This document shows positions 11,054 to 20,521 of a stretch of 64,000 bases of DNA, piece after piece. This DNA is from an uncultured Methanosarcinaceae archaeon (GTDB lineage: Archaea > Halobacteriota > Methanosarcinia > Methanosarcinales > Methanosarcinaceae): NCBI GenBank assembly GCA_963727895.1, contig CAVSHT010000011.1:128001-192000 (forward strand), read 5' to 3'. The first letter of the stretch is position 1; every line of letters starts with the position of its first letter. The position numbers were made by a program, and so were the translations under genes. The notes beneath the pieces are model-generated. The model was not told where the DNA came from, searched no databases, and saw nothing but the letters and a program-made list of their open reading frames with translations.

Positions 11054-12178
11054 GTGGTTTTGATGGAAGAGTTTATTAAAACCAACCCGACTGAGCTTGC
11101 ATACTTCCTGAAGCTTCTAACAAAGGATAGAAAGGGCTATCAGCCATTTTTATTTCCCCTTGAAAGGCAGGGGAAAGATCCTCTTGCAGGAGTAAGTTGG
11201 AAGAATAACCGCAAGACCTACAATGAAGCTATGCACCTGATGAGACGAGGCTTCAATATTGGTATTGCTGCCAAACCCGACGACCCTTTAGTCATAATTG
11301 ACGTTGACGATATGGAGCAAGTACCAGAAATAAAGTCGACACTTCAATGTGTTTCAAGAAAAAGAATAGGTAGACACAATTTTTTCTTTGCAGCAGATGA
11401 GACGGCTAAACGAAATATTCCAGCTGATACTGCAGGTGAAATTAGAAGCTGTTGGCAATATGTGGTTGCACCGGGTTCTTATGTCACATGCAGTGACAAG
11501 GACATAGCTAGAATGCCAGACGATGAAAAAGTGAATGCTGGGCACTACAGCGTATTCAAAGAATTGCCTGTTAGCACAATTTCATATGAAGAGTTCCCGG
11601 AAGTCTATAAACAGGCCAACAATTCAAGGAAGATTGCTGACTCTAAAGCAGCTATCAGTACAGTAATAAAAAAATCTACTGCAACCACACAAACAGCATT
11701 CAAGGGAAAGAAAAGCGCCCTTTGGGATTTAACCATAGAGGATGTTTCAGGGCTTTCTGATACCCATGGAAAGCGTGTTCCTATCCCTTCGGAAATTCAC
11801 GAGTCAGGAACTTATAAAAATTGTTCCGTGTCTGAGGGGTTATTACATTGCTGGCGACATGAAGTGACGCACAATGCTTTCAGCTACCTCTGTGTGCTCG
11901 CTGGGGTCATGAACTGTGAGGATGCGGGTAAACAACACTGTGGAAGATTTTTTGGCGCCGATGCCAAAAATCCTGAAACTGTACTCAAAGTGTGGCAATA
12001 TGCTAAAAATAGAGGATTAATACCATACGATGACCCCTTTCCTTCTAGAGAGGTTATGATGGCGTTTGCGAAAGAAATGAAGATCGTTAACATAAGTGCC
12101 ACAAAGGAAACAAAATTAAGTGAGCTACAGTACAACTTAGTAAAAACTTGTGCAAAACTGGGAAGGAGGCATTGCTAA
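11054..12178 (+). CDS. Bifunctional DNA primase/polymerase (prim-pol)
   Basis: NIGIA...IIDVDD, GRHNFF and YVVAPGS motifs; HCWRHEVTH Cys/His region. Confidence 0.85.
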   Translation: MVLMEEFIKTNPTELAYFLKLLTKDRKGYQPFLFPLERQGKDPLAGVSWKNNRKTYNEAMHLMRRGFNIGIAAKPDDPLVIIDVDDMEQVPEIKSTLQCVSRKRIGRHNFFFAADETAKRNIPADTAGEIRSCWQYVVAPGSYVTCSDKDIARMPDDEKVNAGHYSVFKELPVSTISYEEFPEVYKQANNSRKIADSKAAISTVIKKSTATTQTAFKGKKSALWDLTIEDVSGLSDTHGKRVPIPSEIHESGTYKNCSVSEGLLHCWRHEVTHNAFSYLCVLAGVMNCEDAGKQHCGRFFGADAKNPETVLKVWQYAKNRGLIPYDDPFPSREVMMAFAKEMKIVNISATKETKLSELQYNLVKTCAKLGRRHC

Positions 12179-13917
12179 TGGAAACCCCTGAATTAAAAGA
12201 TATTGTTGAAATTGTCACGTATGCTGTTGAAAATTTATCTTCTAACCAAATTTCAGAATTCATTGAAAATGTAAATAATAAACTGACAGTAGATAAAAAA
12301 GTTCCTGAAAATGAGCTGCGTAAAATTATTGTAGAGGCTGTGAAAGCTGCAGATGAAAAAACCGACAGTATAGAGAGATATACAAAGCTATTACATGAAC
12401 AGGTTCACACAACCTCTACACAAAAAATAACTGATACTAAAAATTTCATCAAACAGTACATGTTAAACGAGGAAGAGGACTTCGTTGAAGCTTTCATACT
12501 GGAAAATATAAAAGAGTACCTTCAATTAACGGTAGTAGAAATCAGAAATGTCTGCAAGGGTTTTAGGGCTGCAAAAAAAGAACTTAAGAAAAAATCAGCT
12601 GAATCAGGTAGTCAAGACGCTGAAACAAGCGGAGATAAAGAAAAATTAGACTTTTTCGAAGATATAGACTTCGATGAGAAAACTTTTGACGAGGAAACTA
12701 TAAAAAAGGCTGACGTTGAGGCTGAACGTATTATGAGGGAAGGCGACCCTATAGCATACATTAAGAACAGTATTGCCACAGTACACGTAGGTGACGAAAA
12801 CACAATTGAGGGACTATGTGTTTCTGTTGCAGGCCAGTCAGTCCTTAATACTGCAGGTATCCAAATAGCTGTGAATGGTGAGAGCGGAAGTGGAAAAAGC
12901 CACGGTGCAAAGGCGTTTTTGCACAGAATGCCTAAAAGATTCAAAAGAGCCACTAGTCTTTCGTCAAAGGCTCTCTATTACATGAACTTGAGAGAGGGGA
13001 TGATAATATACTCAGACGATACAGACATGGATGAAGACCTTGCTACACTGTTCAAACAGTCCACAACTAACTATCAGGAAAAAACCTTCAGAACAACTGT
13101 TAAGGATGGGGAAACAAACGTTTTGTCAATCCCAGCAAGAACGAACCTCTTGTTAACCTGTGTTGAATCACATGTCTCTGATCAAGTTCTTAACAGGCAG
13201 CTTGTATTTGAAACTGATGCAAGTATTGAACAAAAGTTACGAATATACAATAAACAAAAAGAATTAGAAAAAAATAAAATGACAGATTTAACTGTTACAT
13301 TTGAAGTACTTGTCTGTCGACGAATATTTACAAAAATTAAAAGTAAAACATTCAATGTAGGAATACCATTTGCAGAAAGAATCAACTTGCAGGACTATTC
13401 AAATAGTAGAATTCAGCCTCTTCTGTTTGATATGATAAGAGGGTTTGCAGTGATGAATTTCATGCAAAGAGAAGTTGATTCTGACGGTTGGATAATGGCA
13501 ACTCAGGATGATTTCAATGCAGCAAAAAAGCTGTTCAAAACTAGAGAACAAAATACGATTACAAAGATGACTGGGAGAGAAACGGACATAATAAAATATA
13601 TTAAAAATCACCAAGGGCCGCAGGGTTGTTCTATCAATGAAATCGCAACTGGCACTAAAATGAGCGTCATCACAGTTCGAAGATTGCTGAATGGTAGAAC
13701 AGATCGACCTGACGAGGATGGGGGGTTACTGTCTAAAGTGAAGGGCCTTACGAAAGAACAATTGAACGATACAAATACTGTAAAAAGTGCTGACGGTAGC
13801 TCGAAAAGTAGGGGCAGACGCACTGAATACTATAAGTTGCATGACAGTTTCGACCCATGGCAGCTTTTTGAAAGCAACAGAGACTTCGTAACAATTGCAG
13901 GAGAGGTAGGGGTATAA
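12178..13917 (+). CDS. P-loop NTPase, putative replicative helicase with C-terminal winged helix
   Basis: Walker A GESGSGKS, IIYSDD Walker B, CSINEIATGTKMSVITVRRLL wHTH; coupled to prim-pol by TAATG overlap. Confidence 0.75.
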   Translation: METPELKDIVEIVTYAVENLSSNQISEFIENVNNKLTVDKKVPENELRKIIVEAVKAADEKTDSIERYTKLLHEQVHTTSTQKITDTKNFIKQYMLNEEEDFVEAFILENIKEYLQLTVVEIRNVCKGFRAAKKELKKKSAESGSQDAETSGDKEKLDFFEDIDFDEKTFDEETIKKADVEAERIMREGDPIAYIKNSIATVHVGDENTIEGLCVSVAGQSVLNTAGIQIAVNGESGSGKSHGAKAFLHRMPKRFKRATSLSSKALYYMNLREGMIIYSDDTDMDEDLATLFKQSTTNYQEKTFRTTVKDGETNVLSIPARTNLLLTCVESHVSDQVLNRQLVFETDASIEQKLRIYNKQKELEKNKMTDLTVTFEVLVCRRIFTKIKSKTFNVGIPFAERINLQDYSNSRIQPLLFDMIRGFAVMNFMQREVDSDGWIMATQDDFNAAKKLFKTREQNTITKMTGRETDIIKYIKNHQGPQGCSINEIATGTKMSVITVRRLLNGRTDRPDEDGGLLSKVKGLTKEQLNDTNTVKSADGSSKSRGRRTEYYKLHDSFDPWQLFESNRDFVTIAGEVGV

Positions 13918-13989
13918 CTCCCCTGCAGTTTCATTAGTAAATGTCATAGAAAACTTACTTGTTGTCTGCAATGCAGGCAACAAAACATT

Positions 13990-14445
13990 TCTTCCCAATC
14001 CACACCTCTCTTTGCTGCTACTATGTTGTAGTTGCGCTCAAGAATTTGTGCTATTACTTTTCTCTGATAGTCAGCGTCATGTGCTGCTAAGGCTTTTTTG
14101 TCAAGTTGTGTGCCATATATCTGTTTAGTGAGTATTGCAGATCTTGAAATTCCGGTGTTGGCTGTGATTTTGTCCAGTGCTTCGGAATATTCAGCTGCCC
14201 TTCGTACGGTTTTTTCTTCTATGTTAAACTGATCAGCTATTACTTTGGATGTTCTTATGGGTGGGACATTTTGTCCCACCCTATCTAGACTGTTATTTGT
14301 GAACTGATTTTCACCCAGAGCTTTCTTTTCTGCTAGATACCTTCTTCCAATCAAATCAGTCTTGGTGACATCGTTAATATTCCTTCTACCAAGCTGGTTT
14401 TCAATAATCCAAATGTAAGCCGCCGATCTTGAAGGGAAATCTTGT
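13990..14445 (-). pseudogene. Partial ParB-like HTH cassette B
   Basis: WIIENQLGRRNI...DLIGRRY...GQNVP...IADQFNIEEKTVRRAAE; lacks the N-terminus; palindrome 14259-14281. Confidence 0.8.
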
Positions 14446-14461
14446 TTAATTGTAACAAAGT

Positions 14462-14703
14462 GCTGTAATAGTGTCTATTGCTTCTGTTAATTCGGTTGCT
14501 CTTGATACTGTACCTGTACCAACTTTTAACTGGGCTGCAATTTTTTCTCTAGTTGATTTACTTTCGCTAACTTGCCCATTTTGGGCAAGTTTGTCTCTAG
14601 GTAATCCTGTTTTATTGCCTTCTTCCTTCTTTTCTACTTTGTATCTTCTTCCTATCAAATCATTTCTAGTGATACTGTTTATGTTTCTGCGTGCAAGTTG
14701 ATT
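14462..14703 (-). pseudogene. Partial ParB-like HTH cassette A
   Basis: Flanks nearly identical to 52727-52758 and 52877-52952 with a different middle; palindrome 14569-14591. Confidence 0.85.
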
Positions 14704-14844
14704 TTAAATTAGTACTGCTGCTTACCTAGATTGCTTAGTATACACAGACACACCATAGGTGTGTTTATCAATGCAGTAAAAAACAATATCCTTTTTATAC
14801 TGGATTAAAGACGTTTTAGACCTTTATTTTTAAAAACAAAATTA

Positions 14845-15162
14845 AATACCCAAAAGTCCCAAAAATCCCCAAATAATCCCATTTATTTCCAAAAGAATCA
14901 GTAGCGGTAGAATTGTTCTCCCAAAAATGCCCAAAAATGCGAGAACAAAAAAATACGCACACATTTTTCTTATGTATATAAGAAATATAACTTCTTCAAT
15001 TTTTTAAATGCACACACATTTTTTTTCTCTCCCTTTTTCCCATTTTTGGGTAAATAATTAGTTTGTATTTTTTTTAATGCCTCTAGTAGATTAATATGAG
15101 AATTTATGAATGGGTAAATAATGGGAAATAAATGGGATTATTTGGGGATTTTTGGGACTTAA
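14845..15162. other. Candidate replication origin
   Basis: Perfect 37-bp inverted repeat 14854-14890 / 15124-15160 built from CCCAAA-like units around an AT-rich core, near prim-pol/helicase. Confidence 0.55.
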
Positions 15163-15254
15163 TTTTTTTAAGGCTTGTTTTTTAAAATAGAGTTCTAATC
15201 TCCCTCGGAATAATTAGTAGACATTTCTGCAATTGATCTAATTTTAAAACATAT

Positions 15255-15722
15255 TCGTGAACAGGTAAGTCAGAAATTATTGCAGATAAGTTAAAAGTAG
15301 GCTCTAGAACAGTAGAGTGAGCAGCCGAATTACCCCTCGTAACAGATAAAATCGTAGCCACCACAGGCATAACCTGTAATGATATTCTCTCAGGGAAAAT
15401 AGACGGCATGCAAGACGAAATTAAAGACCTTGCTGAAAAGGATGAAAGATCACAAAAAAGAATAATTGATCTCATACTTAACGAAGGAGAAGTAAGTCTA
15501 GCAGTTGCTTTTGACAGGTTGTGGGATGAACAGCAGGAAGAAAGACGAAAAGAAACAGAAGAAAAAGAAAGAACTGAACAGAAACGGCTGCATACCGTGT
15601 TGGAGAAGGGATTTATTCCCCTCTCTTCGGCTAAATATATTTTTAATTTTCGTGTCCGTGTAGTAAATAATATATTTTACTGTGATATATACCTTATTAC
15701 ATTTAATTCATTTTTATATTAA
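15255..15722 (+). pseudogene. Partial ParB-like cassette E (HTH plus coiled coil), opposite orientation
   Basis: KSEIIADKLKVGSRTVE*AAE...DKIVATTGI aligns with the other copies; in-frame stop. Confidence 0.7.
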
Positions 15723-15988
15723 TTTGTGTTTATTTTAAACAGTTACACATTTTTCGGGCATTTAAGCTGTTTTTCGCTACAACGTAGAATTTTCGTCTCT
15801 TTTTGCAGGCATGGGCAAATATTCCAATCACACGAGAACTCCTCCGAGTTTGACGTGGTGGTATGTGGTTAATTGGAATCCAGCTGTTCTGAGAGCAAAA
15901 CTCTGTGTGCACAGAATAAAAATAGAGTAAAGGGTACTAGGGGTAAGAAATCTTCTCCTACCCCTTTTAGCCGTGTATTACCACTAAT

Positions 15989-16237
15989 TCATGGCATTAG
16001 TATTGTTGGTATACTGGCTTCTTCTTCACTACTTAACAGTGTGTGGCATGTTACCCGTGTGTTCACCAATTGGCTCACTGGGATTACATTTCTTCCCCTA
16101 CTATGCCACCAGTGAGGTATATTTGGGCAGTCGTGTAACTCTGGTAATCTGTGCTCTACGCAAAAATTTTCACCACATCGTTTGCATTTAAACGGCAATG
16201 ACTGGATCCTTTCACCACATGTTTCACATTTTGTCAT
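15989..16237 (-). CDS. AN1-type zinc-finger protein, possibly truncated
   Basis: CETC...LPFKCKRCGENFCVEHRLPELHDC. Confidence 0.75.
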   Translation of the reverse strand: MTKCETCGERIQSLPFKCKRCGENFCVEHRLPELHDCPNIPHWWHSRGRNVIPVSQLVNTRVTCHTLLSSEEEASIPTILMP

Positions 16238-16517
16238 ATTGATCCTCCCTTGAACTTCACAAGATTCTGTGATTACAAGTGGTATTAATAATCTAACTAG
16301 ACTATATATATTTTCAGATTATTATTCGCGGAGACGTTTGAATATATAGGAGGCATATATGCAAAAGCAAACCTTTAACTTGTGCTGCTATGATAAGAAA
16401 AAGAATTAGAAGACTAGATAAGATAAAACTCTATGAGAATGAGTTTTAAAACACGTTCTTAGAAAATGCGCCAATTAATGAAAATAGGTGTATAAGGAAG
16501 CAAAGAGGGTTTAGAAA

Positions 16518-16775
16518 ATGGGCATATTGAGAAAGATTTTAGGCAAAGAAGAAGAAACTGAAATCAAAAAGAAGTCTAAAAAAGCTAGAGATGATGCAAA
16601 TAGAGAAAAAATGAGAACCCCTTCACCGGAAAAGACATCAATTTTTGATAAAGTTAGATCACAGAAAGAACAAGGTGCAAAGAAGGCACCAAAGGTAAAA
16701 GCTGAGCGCGCAGCACAAAAAGCCGCTCAAAAATCAGCACAAAAATCAGCACAGAAAACAGTAAAGCGCAGATAA
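16518..16775 (+). CDS. Small Lys-rich basic protein
   Basis: AQKS/AQKA repeats; RBS upstream and T-rich tail downstream. Confidence 0.65.
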   Translation: MGILRKILGKEEETEIKKKSKKARDDANREKMRTPSPEKTSIFDKVRSQKEQGAKKAPKVKAERAAQKAAQKSAQKSAQKTVKRR

Positions 16776-16979
16776 TTTTGACCCATTCTTTATTTCAATC
16801 TTTTCCTTTTCATTTTTTTAAAGAGTATACGTTTATTTTAAGTATTTCATTCATAAGATGGACAAATATCAACCTTTTTACCGAGAAGTTTTTGAAATAA
16901 GCGTGGTCACGAGGAAAATTTCAGGCTGAATGGATGAACCTCATCCTTTGTTTAAATCGCTGCCTGATGATTTAAAGAT

Positions 16980-18697
16980 TCACATTTCTACTCTGGATTT
17001 AAAGAAATTTTCGGTATCCTTGTCCATAAAGTAAACGTAACAACCTTTCATTCCTCTTGATAATAAAACCCTATAAGTATTTTTTACTAAATCAGTAAAT
17101 TTATCTTTTGACTTTTTTACGACAGTATCTTCTGAATACTCGGGATGCCCTTCCCATCTTTGAGTCTCAAAATTATATACCAAATCTTTCCCAAATATAA
17201 CCCCAACATAATCAAACTCAAATCCTTGTATAGTGTATACACATCCAACTTGGTTCACACCGCGTGGATCATAAGCCCAAAGAGAAGCTTTTGGGATATC
17301 TTTTGCAAGCTTTTTGGCATCTTGTTTTGCATTCCAAGGTCTCTCAAAATTTCCTATGACCACATCATCCATTAATGTTCCATTTTTATTTGGTTGAGAC
17401 CAAGACCAGCAGAACCCAGCAGTCAATCTTCCAGTAAATCCTTCTTCAATTTTTCCAACTATTTCAGCTTCAAGTTCTTCCGGACTGCTCAGAATCCTGA
17501 AATCAAACTCTTCCTGCTGAGTCCATATAACATTAGCAGTTTTTTTTATTCCCAGTGTATTATTTATCCAATTTACGAATCCATCTGATCCACTACATCT
17601 GAATTGAGCTTCCAATTCGTACTCGAAAACCTGACAATTATTTTTAATTGCATATTCCTTTATAAACTCAACAGATCCTATTTCATCAGGTCTTACAACT
17701 TGATCATCGTCTATAAATAAAACCAAAACTTTTGCAACATTAATTAATTCTTCGATTTGTGGTATTTTTGACTTTCTCTCACGAGAAGTATACCGATTAT
17801 TGCTGGTTTTTCTTATTCTGTGTGCTTCATCAGCGATCAATACATCTATTGAATTCTCGTCTGCACCCATATAACTGTTGAAATACTTAAACTGAGCAGA
17901 ACCACGCATTCCAACTATTTTTCTTAAAGTTTCAGTAAACGCACGTGAGCCGGTAGCGTAATGTGCATTATAACCATCTAAGAGAAGATTAGCCATCAAG
18001 TTAATTGCAATAACAGACTTTCCAGTTCCTGGCCCACCCTTTACAATGATCACGTTCTTTTGATCATCAAAGAAACCGTTTTTGACACAAGAAAGCACTT
18101 TATCAAATACCACCAGCTGTTCATCAAGGAGGGTGTATTCTGGCTTTCCTTTAATCAACTTTCCAACGTGATCCATCAATTTCTTACTTGGCTTATATTT
18201 TCCATTCTCTATTTTCGTAAGGACTTCTAACCCTTTTCCGCTATCTAATTTATTTAGCAAGAACCTTTCAAGTCCACTCACATTATCAGCTGTGAATAAA
18301 GGATAATCTTTGATTACCTCTGAGAATTTATCAGAAAATATAACATCGTGAGAGTCATAACTGTAATTGTGCAGGAAAGTGCAAGAGTTCAGACAAACCG
18401 GATTATCGCCTTCATAGAAAGATGTATGGGTATCTTGTAAATACATTGTGTACTGAGCAACTTGTACAGATGGATGGAGTACTTCTCTTTCATTCCCCCC
18501 AACCCATGTAAGTACTTCATTATCTCCAGAGGCTTCCCTGCATTTGCTCCACTGCTTCAACTCAATAATTACTGCATTATCGACGTTATTTTTATCTCTA
18601 CCAGTTATTAAGCAATCCAATCTCTTAGAAGTAAGTGGTAACTGATACTCAAGAATTACTCCGTGATCTATAAGATTTGCTTCTTCAAACACACTAG
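16980..18697 (-). CDS. DUF2075 / Schlafen-type helicase with N-terminal nuclease-like domain, 5'-truncated by MITEs
   Basis: RLD...IIELKQW, GGPGTGKS, DEAHR, QFRC, TIQGFEFDYVGV, YRVLLSRG. Confidence 0.8.
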
Positions 18698-18886
18698 TGT
18701 CTTGGCAATTTAATTGTTGAGCATAATATTGGTAGCTTCTAGTCAGCATATAACGATTTTGAGCTCATTAGATTACTAATAAATAAATTTTCATGACACT
18801 AGTGTCGAGTCAACAGTAAAATGTCGTATAAAATCGATTTTATTTATTCGTAATCGTTGAATTCTTGAGAATTGACGCGACACTAG
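18694..18886. mobile_element. Two tandem MITE-like elements (101 and 80 bp) between CTAG sites
   Basis: CTAG at 18694, 18799 and 18883; each unit has imperfect TGTC...GACA terminal inverted repeats. Confidence 0.7.
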
Positions 18887-19473
18887 ATGGATAAAATAGA
18901 ATTTAGGACTTTTCCAAAAGCCTGAATATTGTAAATAAGGTTGAATCCCCTATTTTCTCAGTTTGCCAAATTGTGATGGTTGCATTCAAAGGCGCCAGAT
19001 TCAGAGTCTAACATAGTAGGATATATTTTACTAAGAACTAGATAAGTCAAGACTTCATAATTAAGATACATACTTTGGGGAGTTGACAGCTTAATTATAC
19101 CGCATTAGTCATCGGTTAAGAAATTTTCTTGCCTGAAAGCTATTGATTTTACATTAGAAGCTGGCCTTAAATTTTAGCTTATTTACATGAAATCGATACC
19201 CTATTACAGCTCAGGATCTATTAACATATTTAACAAATGTTAAATAAATTGATGCAATTTGTCACGATTCCTCACTTAACCTAAAACGCATGAATTATAC
19301 CGTTTTTCTGTTCAAATTCATAACTTCGGTCTCAATTGTATGATTGGTTTGAATTTTAAGACACGCTCTCAGGTTATTAATCTTATAAAAAATTATATTT
19401 TTAAAAGTCGCATATTAATTTTTACTTGAAACACTGGGCACGAGTTTCAGTAAGAACTGAGGTAGAAGAGAAC

Positions 19474-20265
19474 TCATCTCTTTCTGGAGCTGTTAAGTTC
19501 AATCAATTCAGGTTCTTCACCCTGTTTTGTATACTCCATGGTATAATCATTCATCTTACATTCAATTATTATTGCCCCACTCATAGGAGTTGTTCCACCT
19601 GTAACGTCCCAAATAACTTCTTCTTTATTTAATTCATTAACTTTAAATTCGGTTGGATATCTTTCGCTAATTTCGTCACGTATTTTTATGAAATCTGTAG
19701 GGTCTTGTATAAAAATATCTATCGGATTAACAATCGGAACAAATTTCTTGATAAAATGTTTAACAATTTTCATCTCTTCTTTTGACTGATCAGTATATAG
19801 CAACCAACATACTTCAAGATGGTCACGATGATAATAGATAGCTCTAAATGTTTGACCTATTCCCCATACATTTTTGAAAAACTCATGTAATAATTTTTCA
19901 GGGTTTTCATGTGCTTTTATTTTATCGAGTAAAGAATCGATTTCTTGAATTAGATTTTCTTTTTTCGATGCTTTGCTAATGGAAACTATGAGACCTTTGT
20001 AAATTTTACTTGGTTTTGGAGCATTAAGTACTTCAATTTTATTTTTCTCCAAGAAACTAAAATGAAGGTTACCTATGATATGGATCAAAATAACAATTAC
20101 GAGAATAATTAATCCCCATTTAAAGATAATATTAAAATTAATATCTGATGTTAAGAAACTACAGAGTAAGCCTCCAAATACACCACCTACTAAAAAATCA
20201 CTGATAGTGTTGTAAATTGGATACATTCTGGATATCCTCTTATATCGATTGTGAATTCCTTTCAT
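19474..20265 (-). CDS. Membrane-anchored CARF effector (Cam1-like)
   Basis: Two N-terminal hydrophobic helices, then a CARF domain (KGLIVSIS...DVTGGT); last gene of the type III operon. Confidence 0.7.
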   Translation of the reverse strand: MKGIHNRYKRISRMYPIYNTISDFLVGGVFGGLLCSFLTSDINFNIIFKWGLIILVIVILIHIIGNLHFSFLEKNKIEVLNAPKPSKIYKGLIVSISKASKKENLIQEIDSLLDKIKAHENPEKLLHEFFKNVWGIGQTFRAIYYHRDHLEVCWLLYTDQSKEEMKIVKHFIKKFVPIVNPIDIFIQDPTDFIKIRDEISERYPTEFKVNELNKEEVIWDVTGGTTPMSGAIIIECKMNDYTMEYTKQGEEPELIELNSSRKR

Positions 20266-20284
20266 TTTAATACCTCATTAGAAG

Positions 20285-20410
20285 TCAGCATTTAAAAACT
20301 GAGCCAATTTGGTAAGTTAAATATGTGACTCTATGACTACAGCCCCTTCCAGCTTTGAACCATCTGTAGCTATGAACTTTGTTGGGTGTTGAAGTATTAA
20401 AATACAAAAC
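20285..20410 (-). pseudogene. csx3: Csx3 (Crn3) ring nuclease C-terminal remnant
   Basis: Hand translation HPTKFIATDGSKLEGAVVIESH, frameshift, YQIGSVFKC*; resembles the Csx3 H..F.A.YDP.L.GAVV..SH motif. Confidence 0.6.
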
Positions 20411-20521
20411 TCGGGGTTACATAAGGTAACCATTTACTAAAAATCTAATTTCCAAGCCTTAAAGGAACGATATATTAGAAGATCAAGCTATGACAAAATT
20501 TTTGGATCTAATTTGCATCTT

